Shown: positions 15,671 to 29,677, counted from the stretch's first letter. The stretch: DNA of 64,000 nt from Eledone cirrhosa (GCA_964016885.1 OZ024761.1:23808001-23872000); one strand, 5' to 3'. The notes: generated by a model not told the origin, from the sequence alone. Program-made: numbers and translations.

Positions 15671-16212
15671 CTCACATACGTCTATTCTCACCTTATCCAA
15701 ACTTTCCCGAAGAAGGACTTCTGTCTGAAACGTTGAAAGTCCCTCCATTTCCTCCAAGCATGAACCTAATATAACTGTGTAAAATTGCTTCCTGTGTTTT
15801 GATCGTTTCATTTATATATAAATATATATGAAAAAATTCAGGAACTCGACAGTGAAGCTCTGGTTGGTTCAACAGCTAGATCCGAACTCATATCTAGCTG
15901 TTGAGCTCAGCCGTTGGGGTCCTGAATTTTTTCACATTACCCTCTCTACTACCCCAAGAATCGAGTACTCTGGTGAGCTCAACAGCTAGATATGAGTTCG
16001 GATCTAGCTGTTGAAACAACCAGAGCTCTGCTGTCGAGGTCCTGAATATTTTCATATATATTTATATATAAATGAAACGATCAAAACACAGGAAGCAATT
16101 TTACACAGTTATATTAGGTTCATGCTTGGAGGAAATGGAGGGACTTTCAACGTTTCAGACAGAAGTCTTTCTTCGAGAAAGTTTGGATAAGGTGAGAATA
16201 GACGTATGTGAG
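15671..16212. repeat. Large inverted repeat: 238-bp arms, 66-bp spacer, nested hairpins
   Basis: 15671-15908 is the reverse complement of 15975-16212 with few mismatches. Each arm holds caacagctagat/atctagctgttg and a mutated HHR (15701-15740). Confidence 0.92.
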
Positions 16213-16354
16213 GTTCTGAATATTTTCATATACATATTTATATATAAATGAAACAAACAAATAAAAAGATCTACACATAAAACCGCCTCTCTTATTCATT
16301 ATATATATATATATATCATCATCATCATTTCATTTTACGTCCGCTTTTTCTCTG

Positions 16355-16470
16355 CTTGGCTTTGCAATCGAAAGGTTGTGGGTTCAATTCTCAGACCGGG
16401 TGATGTGTTGTTTCCTTGAGCAAGACACTTTATTTCACATTGCTCCAGTTTACTCAGCTGTAAAAATGAG
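16355..16470 (+). mobile_element. tRNA-derived CORE-type SINE fragment
   Basis: B box ggttcaattc followed by gtttccttgagcaagacactttatttcacattgctccag. Confidence 0.7.
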
Positions 16471-16619
16471 ATGATAGGGACTGGGGTCCATATCATTCTA
16501 CAGCAAAGTGGTTGTGGAGGCACCACAGCAAAAAAGCACCCAGCACTCACTGTGAATGAGGTTGGTGTTAGGAAGGGTATCCAGCTGTAGAAATCAAGCC
16601 AAAATCAGTTCCCAGCGTA

Positions 16620-16883
16620 GTAAGTAAGGCAATTAAAGATATGAAGACGGGGAAGGCAACCAGTCAATCGGGTATAGCTGCCGAGATGCTGAAAGCATCA
16701 GGGTCGGTAGCTCACACCATAACCACACGTATTGTTAACCAGGTAATACTAGAAGGTGTCATACCAAAGGATTGGTGCAGCAGCATCATTGTCAACTGAT
16801 ACAAGGGTAAAGGAGATGCACTAGATAGAGGTATAAAGCTGATGGATCAGGTCATGAAAGTAACGGAAAGAGTTATATCGCAG
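16620..16883 (+). mobile_element. RTE-clade LINE RT fragment
   Basis: VSKAIKDMKTGKA..GIAAEMLKASG..IPKDWCSSIIVN*YKGKGDALDR(deletion)GIKLMDQVMKVTERVI. Confidence 0.88.
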
Positions 16884-17260
16884 CCAGTGGCGGATTGGCC
16901 AGGTTGCCAGGTTGTCCAATGGCAAGTGGGCTCCAGGAGGCCCCTGGTAGCATTGCAGGGACCCACAGTAGGATTGCAGGGGCCTACAGTAGGATTGCAG
17001 GGTTCACAGTAGTATTTTAGGGACCAAAGCTTAGCCTTCAAAAAATACCTGAAGTCTCAGAGAAAGACAAATGCTTTTGAAAATAAATAAAACAATTAAG
17101 CAAAGCATTTGGACAACCAATTCCCCCTGGAATTACTAGAAACCAAAATATATGACAGTGCAACTAGCTGGAATCAGTGGTTGTACATTCTACTAAATCT
17201 AAAGCTTAGTGTATTCATTCATGCATGTAAACATACACATATAGACACACACACATAAGC

Positions 17261-17292
<32 letters not shown>

Positions 17293-17349
17293 CTTTATTT
17301 ATATACTTACACACACAAACTACTGACCAAATATTGTTTGGTATCAATG

Positions 17350-18130
17350 TAGTAGTGGTGGTGGTAGTGTAGTGGTGGTGGTGGTGTGGTGTGGTAGTGT
17401 GGTGGTAGTGTAGTGGTGGTGATGGTAGTGTAGTGGAGGTGGTAGTGTGGTGGTCTAGTGGTGGTGGTGGTGTGGTAGTGTGGTGGTGGTAGTGTCTCCC
17501 CCCACAACTGTCCAAGCAACTATGAACTCTATCAAAGAGGCTTTTCGAAGGCAATCATTCTGTAATTTACTGAAGCAAGTGGTTGAGGTGGTGGTAGGGA
17601 TGGTATGGTGGTTGAGGTGGTAGTAGGGATGGTATGGTGGTGGTAGGGATGGTATGGTGGTGGTAGGGATGGTATGGTGGTTGAGGTGGTGGTAGGGATG
17701 GTATGGTGGTGGTAGGGATGGTGGTGGTAGGGATGGTGATGGTAGGGATGTGGTGGAGGTGGTGGTAGGAATGGTATGGTGGTGGTAATGATAGTATGGT
17801 GGTGGAGGTGGTGGTAGGAATGGTGATGGTAGGGATGGTATGGTGGTGGTGGTAGGGATGGTATGGTGGTAATGATAGTATGGTGGTGGAGGTGGTGGTA
17901 GGAATGGTATGGTGGTAGGAATGTGGTGGAGCTGGTGGTAGGAATGGTGGTGGTAGGGATGGTATGGTGGTGGAGGTAGTGGTAGGGATGGTATGGTGGT
18001 GGTAATGATAGTATGGTGGTGGAGGTGGTGATAGGAACGGTACGGTGGTAGGAATGTGGTGGAGGTGGTGGTAGGAATGGTATGGTGGTTGATGTGGTGG
18101 TAGGAACAGTATGGTAGTGGAGGTGGTGGT
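17350..18130. repeat. (GGT)n-derived satellite (ggtagggatggtatggt units)
   Basis: Direct inspection. Confidence 0.85.
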
Positions 18131-18165
18131 TTACTGGTTGTATGGACAACCCCCTCACCACCACA

Positions 18166-18200
<35 letters not shown>

Positions 18201-19118
18201 AACCACACACTGAAACACATACACACACACTCAATCGCCATCATGCCCCCATCCCACCACCACCCTTATGCCTCCCCCCCCGACACCGTCACGCCCTCAA
18301 ACACCGCCCACCATGTGTCCCTCCAACTCATCCTGCCTCTATCTTCCACCACCACACCCACTCTCCGACCACCTCCCCCACCCTCTGACCCCCCTCAGGC
18401 CACCTCACCACTCTCCAAGCGCCCCCCCCCGCCCAGCGCTTCCCCTCCCCAAACCTCCTACCCCACCCCAATATACCACAAACTCCTTTAAATCATTCAA
18501 CCAGAATATTGTCGGCAAAATGTTTTATACTGTGTGTGTGTATATGAGTGTGTGTGTATGTGTGTGTATATGAGTGTGTATGTGTGTGTATATGAGTGTG
18601 TATGTGTGTGTGTATATATGTGTGTGTGTGTATGTGTGTATATATGTGTGTGTGTATGTATATATATATATGTATATGTGTGTGTATGTGTGTGTATATG
18701 TGTGTACATATATGTGTGTGTGTATGTGTGTATATGAATGTGTGTGGATATGTGTGTGCGTGTATGTGTATGTGTGTGTATATGTGTGCCTGGGTATATA
18801 CATATGTGTGTATGTAACTGTGCATATGTAAGAGTAAGTGTGTGTGTGTGTTTCTGTGTATGCGTGCCTGTGTGTGTGCGAGTGTGTTAATATATTTTTT
18901 CAGGGGTCACTGATGAAAACATCAATTACGGGACCCTTAAATAGTTTGTATAACATGTCAATACTCCCCCACCTCTTTTTATACACTCCCGCCCCCAACA
19001 CACATATATATATACATGCACACACACATATACATACTGGATATATAAATATACACAGATGCACATACACACACATACACATATAAATATGTGTGTATAT
19101 ATATATATACATATATAT

Positions 19119-19149
<31 letters not shown>

Positions 19150-19201
19150 CATATATATATATGTATATATATATATGTGTGCGTGTGTGTGTATATATAT
19201 G

Positions 19202-19254
<53 letters not shown>

Positions 19255-19686
19255 GTGTGTCTGTGTGTGTGTATATATATATATATTTATACATACATAC
19301 AGCCTGTTTATTTACATATGCACACATAAAAATAGCTTGTGTAACATGTTAATACACCTCTTCTTTATACACACATACATACACATACGTATATACATAT
19401 ACACACGTATATACATATATTCACATACGTATATACATATATACATATATACATATATACATATTCAATGGTCCTTCCTGCAACTTCATTGCCCCCCCCC
19501 CCCCCCCCCTTCCCTAAAAAACATTATTTTGTCTCATGTTTGCATGTCTGACATGTGGCTGTATATATTATATATATATATATATATACATGCATATCTC
19601 TCTCACTCTCTCTCTTTCTTTCTCTCTCTCTCTCTATATATACTATATATATATATATACATTTGTGTGTATACACACACATGCAC

Positions 19687-19719
<33 letters not shown>

Positions 19720-20321
19720 ATTATGCGTTTTTATTAGGGCAATCGTCGTCCATCTTACTTCCTCTGGGCGCCATTTTGTTACGATAAGTCTCTCTCTCTC
19801 TCTCTCTCTTTATATATATATCGTGCCCCTCCCTTTCTCAATTTCCACACACCGTCTGCCTACGTCATCCTCACCACCTCCACCACCACCACCAGCTAAA
19901 CTCTTAAGCATTTTCCGCTTGTTTTCACTCATTATTTAACTCTCTTAATTTCTCTTCTTTCTCCCCAACCCTCCGCCCCCTCATCTGTCCCTCCTCCCCT
20001 ACAGCGTCCCTTTCCCCCCACTCCCCCTCTAATCTTTATAATAATCACATCCTCCTCTCTTTTCTCATTCTCCTATTCTCCTTTCTCTCCGTTTTTCCCT
20101 CTCTACTCTCCTTCCAATATTCCCACCAGCCTTCACCACACAATCGCTTTTTCTTGCTTTAGTTTCTGTAGTTTTTAAAAAATATTTTTTTTTTTCATAC
20201 ACACGCACACATGTATACGTATAATGTATGTTTAAATTATGTCTATATGTATGTATATATATATATATATACATACATACACGCACACATGTATACGTAT
20301 AATGTATGTTTAAATTATGTC

Positions 20322-20367
<46 letters not shown>

Positions 20368-20591
20368 CACGCACACACATATACGTGTAATGTATGTTTA
20401 AATTGTCTGTATATATATATATATATATATATACACGCACACACGTATACGTATAATGTATGTTTAAATTATGTCTATATATATATATACATATACTCAC
20501 ACACATGTATATGTTTAGTCTATTTTTAAATGTCTTTATATACGCACGCACATATGTATATAATGTATGTATAAATGTATGTGTATATTTG

Positions 20592-20643
<52 letters not shown>

Positions 20644-21398
20644 CTCTATATATGTATCACGACTACCACTACCTCTTTAAGCTACCTCCTCCTTCTACCC
20701 ACCACCACCACCACCACCACCACACCACTCACTACTACCACCACCACTACACCACCACCACCATCACCATCAACCAACACCACCACCACACTAACACCAC
20801 CACCACCACTACACCACTATCACTACTACCACCACCACTACACCACCACCACCATCACCACCATCAACCAACACCACCACCACCAACACCACCACCACAC
20901 TAACACCACCACCACCACACCACTATCACTACTACCACCACCACCATCACCATCAACCAACACCACCACCACCATCACCATCAACCAACACCACCACCAC
21001 CATCACCATCAACCAACACCACCACACTAACACCACCACCACCACACCACTATCACTACTACCACCACCACTACACCACCACCACCACCACCACCATCAC
21101 CACCATCAACCAACACTACCACACTAACACCACCACCACCACCACCACCGCCACCATATGGAGCTGCCACCATACATTGAGTGTTTCGTGAAGTAATCAA
21201 TTTGTGATCATACACATACACACATACATATATATATATATATACAGAGAGACCCACACATACATACAGATACACACACACACACACACACATATATACA
21301 GACAGAAGCACATATAAATACACACACACACATATACGTGAACCTATCTAATTCTCATTGTACTGTGTCGTTTGCTTTGTTATTTCTGTTTACTTTTT

Positions 21399-21429
<31 letters not shown>

Positions 21430-21490
21430 CATATACATATTTGCACACCGTGTATATCTATAAACGCACACATATATTTGAAGATGTACA

Positions 21491-22229
21491 TTAACCCTTT
21501 ACCATTTATATTACTCTATATATACTAAGGGCGGTGGATTGGCAGTATCGGTAGAGGGTTGGACGCCATGCTTTGCAGCACAGTTACGTCCCTTTACGGA
21601 CTGAGTTCAAGACCCGCCGAGGTTAACTTTGCCTTTCATCCTTAAGGGGTCGCTAAAATAAAGTACCAGTAATACACTGGGATAATTGCTGGCCTTGTGC
21701 CAAAAGTAGAAACAATTACTCTATATATACTATTGTATTTTCACAATAAAGCCTTTATCTCGCATAATTATCTCACATAATATCAAATCTATGAGGTTTT
21801 GATATTTATTTTGAGAACAATACCTTAACGTCAATATGAGTGGCCAGTAATGGCCGGTTTGAACAGAAAGAGGTGAGAGAATTCTGGCCGGATTAGGCCG
21901 GTTTGAATAGAAAGAGGTGAGAGAATTCTGGCCGGATGTGACCGGTTTGAACAGAAAGAGGTGAGAGAATTCTGGCCGGATGTGACCGGTTTGAACAGAA
22001 AGAGGTGAGAGAATTCTGGCCGGATGTGACCGGTTTGAACAGAAAGAGGTGAGAGAATTGTGGCCGGATTAGGCCGGTTTGAACAGAAAGAGGTGAGAGA
22101 ATTCTGGCTGGATGTGACCGGTTTGAACAGAAAGAGGTGAGAGAATTGTGGCTGGATGTGGTCGGTTTGAACAGAAAGAGGTGAGAGAATTGTGGCCGGA
22201 TGTGACCGGTTTAAATGCTAAAGGGTTAA
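21491..22229. mobile_element. piggyBac-like MITE (TTAA-CCCTTT...AAAGGG-TTAA) with nested SINE and 8x 44-bp internal minisatellite
   Basis: TTAA at 21491 and 22226; TIR ccctttaccattta / taaatgctaaaggg; 44-bp units from 21854 to 22205. Confidence 0.88.
21528..21714 (+). mobile_element. Full-length tRNA-head SINE (Meta-domain-like body) with 18-bp TSD
   Basis: A box tggcagtatcgg, B box gagttcaagacc, body ctttgcctttcatcc..ggggtcg..aagtaccag. TSD attactctatatatacta at 21510-21527 and 21715-21732. Other copies at ~22355, 27775-28130, 38839, 44928, 48975, 50740, 51086-51640, 52180-53025, 56396. Confidence 0.9.
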
Positions 22230-22542
22230 GGCACTTACAGGTTCCGTTTTGCGAGTAGAAATATTTGCTGTGAAAATCTAAAGTATGAAGTGTAAATACT
22301 TTTAACTGTTCCTCCCTTCACAGAAAAAGGAAATAAAACAACAACATAAGGCATTATGAGTTCAAATCCCGCCGAGGTTGACTTTGCCTTTCATCCTTAC
22401 GGGGTCGATAAAATAAAGTACCAGTAATGCACTGGGTAATTGCTGGTCTTGTGCCTGAAGTAGAAACAATTATTGTTATGCTGTGGATTGGCAGTATTGG
22501 TAGAACATCAGATGCCACCAAAAGTAGAAATAGTTATTGTTA

Positions 22543-22581
22543 TGCTGTCATTTCGGAGATTTATGTCGCCTCATCAGAGTA
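22543..22581 (-). ncRNA. Degenerate minimal hammerhead ribozyme motif
   Basis: Minus strand: tact-CTGATGA-ggcga-cataaa-tctcc-GAAA-tgac-agca; the cleavage triplet is mutated. Confidence 0.45.
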
Positions 22582-22722
22582 TAACATCCCCTATGATTCC
22601 TTGTACAGCAGAGTGTTGCTATAGTAACGCTGTATGTGTCTTAGGAAGGCGGCAAATTGTCAGTTATTGGAGCGTCGGATAGAATGCTCTGTGGTATTCT
22701 GGATCTCTGTTGGACATCATCA

Positions 22723-22754
22723 CCAGGATCAGCATCATTCTCAACATCACCATC

Positions 22755-22786
<32 letters not shown>

Positions 22787-23315
22787 CACCATCATCATCA
22801 CTATCAACATCAACATCAACGTTACCATCAACAATAACAGTCATCACAACCACTACTAACAACAACCCCCACTACTACCACCACTACCAACACCAACCCC
22901 CACTACCACCACCACTACCAACAACAACCCCCACTACCACCACCACTACCAACACCAACCCCCACTACCACCACCACTACCACCACCACTACCAACACCA
23001 ACCCCCACTACCACCACCACCACCACTACCACTACCAACACCAACCCCCACTACTACCACCACTACCAACAACAACCCCCACTACCACCACCACTACCAA
23101 CACCAACTCCCACTACCACCACCAACACCAACCCCCACTACCACCACCACTACCACTACCAACACCAACCCCCACTACTACCACCACCACTACTACCACC
23201 ACCAACAACAACCCCCACTACCACCACTACCACTACCAACACAACCACCAACCCCCACTACCACCACCACTACCAACACCACTACCACCACCACCACCAT
23301 CACCACCACCACCGT
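22723..23315. repeat. (CAT)n / (CCA)n triplet low-complexity array
   Basis: Direct inspection; similar arrays at 20660-21155 and 53225-53720. Confidence 0.9.
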
Positions 23316-23545
23316 ACCCCTTCCCCACCTCCGAATCTCCACTTACTTACCAACCGGTGGTGCCCCCCAGTGAATAGAGAGGGAAGGAAGCAGGTAGGGG
23401 AGGTTACCATGTTATGTGTTGGGAAGCATTCAAGTGTGAAGAGAGTGTGAAGCAGAGTAGGAAGGGGAGATTACTCTATCAAGCTGGAATCAATGAACCG
23501 TGAAAGGTTTGTTCACACTGTTAATTCTCTTGAATTACCAGTTTA

Positions 23546-23610
23546 CAAGATGGCGGCATCACTTCAGTTATAACCATCAGGTTATAGCTACTGCTGCTGC
23601 CCTCTGGCGG
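23546..23610. promoter_or_regulatory. Candidate YY1 and CTCF motif pair in a unique-sequence island
   Basis: CAAGATGGCGGC at 23546-23557; minus-strand CCGCCAGAGGGCAGCA at 23595-23610. Motif match only. Confidence 0.3.
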
Positions 23611-24192
23611 CAGTCATGTCTATTACTATTACGGTACACACACACACACACACACATACATACATTCACACATATACATACATTCATACGTGCATACACA
23701 TATACATACATTCATACGTGCATACACATATACATACATTCACACACACACATACGCACACATACATACACATTCACACACACACATTCACACACAGACA
23801 CACACATACATACATACACATACACACACATTCACACATACACATTCACACACACACGCACAGACACACACATACATACATACACATACACACACATTCA
23901 CACACACATTCACACACATACATTCACACATATACATACATCCATACGTGCATACACATATACATACATTCATACGTACATACACATATACATACATTCA
24001 TACGTACATACACATATACATACATTCACACACACACATATACACACACATACATACACATTCACACACACACACATTCACACACACGCGCAGACACACA
24101 CATACATACATACACATACACATTCACACACATACATACACCCATATTCACACACACATTTACACATACACACACACGTGTGTGTGAATATA

Positions 24193-24224
<32 letters not shown>

Positions 24225-24570
24225 CTCAGCCATACGCAAGTATACATACACATCATCATGCACACAGATATACATCCCCCACACACGCACACATATATAC
24301 ACACATACATATACACATGCATAGACACACAGTTATACATGGACTCACTGACACACACACATTCATACACATATACACACACATGCATAGCCACACACAC
24401 ACTAATAGACACGCATACATGCGCATATATATATACACACCCATACACACACGCATAGCCATACACACACAAACGTGTGTATGTCATCGTCATCATCAAT
24501 ATATATACATACACACTCACGCATAGACAGACATACATTCATTCACGCACACACATATACACACACAAAC

Positions 24571-24659
<89 letters not shown>

Positions 24660-24704
24660 ACATGCACACATAGATATACAACCCTCCCCCCTCACACGCA
24701 CATG

Positions 24705-24736
<32 letters not shown>

Positions 24737-24808
24737 ATATATTAGAAAGTGAGATTTTTTTACAAAATGAAAAATAACCGAGGTGTCCTACACGAGTGCA
24801 AGTATAAA

Positions 24809-25605
24809 GAAAAAAGATGAAATCGAAAATGCAACTGGAGTCTTTTAAAAAAATATATATTTATTTGGTTCCTTTACTGGTTTCGCAGTTCTTCTGCTTT
24901 TCAAAAGTAGAGTTGAGATGGAGGGTCTGTGGTTTTTCTCACATCTATATCTATATATATATATATAAGGAAAAAAGATTAAATCGAAAATGCAATTGGA
25001 GTCTTATTTAAAAAGAAATATATATATTTATTTGGTTCCTTTACTGATTTCGCAGTTCTTCTGCTTTTCAAAAGTAGAGTTGAGATGGAGGGTCTGTGGT
25101 TTTTCTCACATCTATCTATCTATATATATATATATATAAGGAAAAAAGATGAAATCGAAAATGCAACTGGAGTCTTTTAAAAAAAAAATATTTATTTGGT
25201 TCCTTTACCGGTTTCACAGTTCTTCTGCTTTTCTAAAGTAGAGTTGAGATGGAGGGTCTGTGGTTTTTCTCACATCTCTCTATATATATATATATATATA
25301 AGGAAAAAACATGAAATCGAAAATGCAATTGGAGTCTTATTTAAAAAAAAATATATATATTTATTTGGTTCCTTTACCGGTTTCGCAGTTCTTCTGTTTT
25401 CAAAAGTAGAGTTGAGATGGAGGGTCTGTGGTTTTTCTCACATCTATAATTATATATATATATATATAGGGAAAAAAGATGAAATCGAAAATGCAACTGG
25501 AGTCTTTTAAAAAAAAAAAATTTATTTGGTTCCTTTACCGGTTTCGCAGTTCTTCTGCTTTTCTAAAGTAGAATTGAGATGGAGGGTCTGTGGTTGTTCT
25601 CAGAT
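24809..25605 (-). repeat. Five-unit ~165-bp tandem array, each unit carrying a U3-A8 variant minimal HHR on the minus strand
   Basis: Units start at 24809, 24970, 25141, 25303 and 25471. Minus-strand consensus ctt-TTGAAAA-gcag-aagaa-ctgc-GAAAC-cg-GTA-aag. Confidence 0.8.
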
Positions 25606-26015
25606 GTGACAGTTTAGCAGTTCTCTTCTCACTTAGAACTGCGGCGATCGGACGTGTGTCTCTTTCCTCTCAACCACTCAGTCTTGAACTTAAGTTCTCT
25701 TATCGAGTGGTCTTGGACTTCCTACCTATAGTTGCTCGCATATTGCTCAGTTTGTTGTTGTTTTTTCGCTGTTTTGTTACGGTTTTCTCTTTCCCCTTTG
25801 CTCTCCTTCCCCCCCTTCCACCGTTTTCCCAATAACTTATCCAGTTATTGACGCCCTGGGGCCAGGCATATTGTCTTTAACGCGTAGAAATATCCGAGAA
25901 CCCCAGTAGACAACTGATGAGGAAAACTCGCCCCCCCCCGTTCTTGCTTTCTTTGTATTCCCACTGCATTTTAAGTTACCTTCAATAGCAACTACACAGC
26001 TATTTCTATTCTCCA

Positions 26016-26030
26016 TATATATATATATAT

Positions 26031-26118
<88 letters not shown>

Positions 26119-26698
26119 GTATATGTATATATGTATATATATATATATGTATATATATATATGTATATATATTATATTATGTATATATATTATATTATGT
26201 ATATATATATGTATGTATATATATATATGTATATATATATATGTATATATATATATGTATATATATATATGTATATATATGTATATATATGTATATATAT
26301 ATATGTATATATATGTATATATATATATATGTATATATATATATGTATATATATATATGTATATATATATATATGTATATATATATATGTATATATATAT
26401 ATGTATATATATATGTATATATATATGTATATATATATATATGTATATATATATATGTATATATATATATGTATATATATATGTATGTATATATATATGT
26501 ATGTATATATATATGTATATATATATGTATATATATATGTATGTATATATATATATGTATATATATATGTATATATATGTATGTATATATGTATGTATAT
26601 ATATATGTATATATATATGTATATATATATGCGCATATATATATGTATATATATATATATATGCATATATATATGTATATATATATGCAATATATATG

Positions 26699-26729
<31 letters not shown>

Positions 26730-26920
26730 GTATATATATATGTATATATATATAAATGCATATATATATATGTATATATATATATGTATATGTATATATA
26801 TATGTATATGTATATATATATGTATATATATATATGTATATGTATATATATATATGTATATATATATATGTATATGTATATATATATGTATATATATATA
26901 TGTATATGTATATATATATG

Positions 26921-26977
<57 letters not shown>

Positions 26978-27076
26978 GTATATAACTGTATATATATGTA
27001 TATATGTATATATATGTATATATGTATGTATATATATGTATATATATGTATATATATATATGTATGTATATATATG

Positions 27077-27125
<49 letters not shown>

Positions 27126-27176
27126 GTGAATATATATGTATATATATATATATATACATATATGTATGTATACATA

Positions 27177-27208
<32 letters not shown>

Positions 27209-27246
27209 CTTATATATATATTTATATACATATATATATACATATA

Positions 27247-27308
<62 letters not shown>

Positions 27309-27354
27309 TATATGTATATATACACATATATATATATATATACATATATATATG

Positions 27355-27409
<55 letters not shown>

Positions 27410-27412
27410 GTG

Positions 27413-27476
<64 letters not shown>

Positions 27477-27555
27477 TATATGTATATATATACATATATA
27501 TATGTATATATATACATATATATGTATATATATACATATATATATGTATATATAT

Positions 27556-27620
<65 letters not shown>
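26016..27620. repeat. ~1.6-kb interrupted (TA)n array
   Basis: Direct inspection. Similar large arrays at 28450-30000, 34570-35730, 42460-43395 and 44740-47150. Confidence 0.95.
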
Positions 27621-27661
27621 TAGGTGTTTAGGTGCTCTCAGACGCGAGTCTACATATTAAA

Positions 27662-27753
27662 ACATATCTGAGGAGCTTCCGATTCCAGAGTCACGTTCGA
27701 TCCTTAATAGATAGTTCCTCGAGCTGATCGACAGTGAAACATACGTAATATGT
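27662..27753 (+). ncRNA. Type I hammerhead ribozyme with intact core and extended helix II
   Basis: Helix I acatat/atatgt, CTGAGGA (27668-27674), imperfect helix II gct..cgat/atcg..agt, GAAAC (27736-27740), loop ATAC, GTA cleavage triplet. Confidence 0.65.
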
Positions 27754-28782
27754 AATTAAATATGTATATGACGCAACTCTAGGCACAAGGCTTACAAATT
27801 TAGGGGCCAAATTAATTAAATCAACCCTAGTATTTCACTAGAATTTCATTTATATTGAACCGAGAAAGATAAAAAGTTGGCCTCAGTAGGAATGTAAAAA
27901 AAGGATTTCTACTTTAGGCACAATGCTTACAAATTTAGGGATCAAATTCCATAACTAGTACTTTATTTGAGGAAACCCAGAAGAATGACAAGCCAAATGT
28001 TACCTTGGCCGGATTTAAACTTAGAATGTAACCCCCTCCCCTCCCCCCACACACAAAACCCAGAGTAAATAAAACATCGGCATTTCGTCCCCCGATGCTC
28101 TACCAATTCTGTCAATCTAACATTCCACGCCACCCCGGTCTACCCACACCACACCCAGCCTCTAATTTCGAGATATCGACAGTAAAATAATTTAAAGATA
28201 ATTTACTAGAATGAGAATGATGAAATTAATGGTAAAATGAAATTTCTTCGGATAAGACATAATGAGAAATGTTTCACGTGTAAAAAGGATTTAGCAAAAA
28301 CTCAATAAACAAAGTAATGATGATTATCTCGTACAGTCTTCTTATATTAAATATCACCTAGTTATGTGTAATTACCCACACTAAAATAGGAGTTTGCTTA
28401 TATATACATATTAAAAATATATGCTTCTTTCCTATGTATACATATAGATATGTATGTGTATGTATGCTTGTATGTATGTATGTATGTATGTATGTATGTA
28501 TGTATGTATGTATGTATGTATGCTTGTATGTATGTATGTATGTATGTATGTATGTATGTATGTATGTATGTATGTATGTATGTATGGATTTATGAATGCA
28601 GGCATGTGTGTGTGTATATATATGTGTGTGTCTGTGTGTGTGTGTGATTGTGTGTATGTATATATATATATATGTGTGTGTGTGTGTATATATATATGTG
28701 TATATATGTATATATATGTGTATATATGTATATATATATATATGTGTGTATATATATATATATGTGTGTATATATGTATATA

Positions 28783-28827
<45 letters not shown>

Positions 28828-28868
28828 ATATGTATATATATGTGTGTATATATACGTGTATATATATG

Positions 28869-28899
<31 letters not shown>

Positions 28900-28923
28900 G
28901 TATATATATGTATATGTATTTAC

Positions 28924-28972
<49 letters not shown>

Positions 28973-28978
28973 TATGTA

Positions 28979-29061
<83 letters not shown>

Positions 29062-29284
29062 GTGCGTGCAGGTGTGTATATATATATATATGTGTGTGTG
29101 TATCTGTGAGACGGCAATACGATAGGCAGATTAGGAAGACGAGATATTTTCACAGATACAAAGACATGTAATGTGAAATCAAACGAGAGGTGCAAATTTA
29201 CTGCGCATATTTCTGCCAGCGAAAATTACTGCACAATTACAGCGAAGCACATTCAACAAACCATATGTGCATATGCATGTATGC

Positions 29285-29331
<47 letters not shown>

Positions 29332-29492
29332 CACACACATGTATATATATATATATATATATATACATTTATAATATACTATATTATATTATATATATAT
29401 ATATATAATATTTATAGATATATATTTATATATGTATATCTATACATTTATATATATATATATGTATGTGTGTGTAGATATGTGTATATATG

Positions 29493-29542
<50 letters not shown>

Positions 29543-29645
29543 TAAATATACACATACACATGTCTACTCATTTGTATATACATGAATGTATGCATATGCA
29601 TATATATATGTGTATTTATATATATATATGTACATATACATATAT

Positions 29646-29677
<32 letters not shown>

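Noticed and set aside
16885-17170. hAT-like transposon beginning CAGTGGCGGATT
   Set aside because: Only one possible terminus seen; no matching TIR, TSD or transposase.
21528-21620. tRNA gene (A and B boxes)
   Set aside because: No cloverleaf; continues into a multi-copy SINE body with a TSD.
21854-22205. CRISPR-like regular repeats (also 5662-6036 and 51664-52010)
   Set aside because: Head-to-tail units without unique spacers, no cas genes, eukaryotic context.
25910-25935. CTGATGAG-gaaaa-CTCG hammerhead start
   Set aside because: Followed by a poly-C run instead of AAA..UH; at most a truncated relic.
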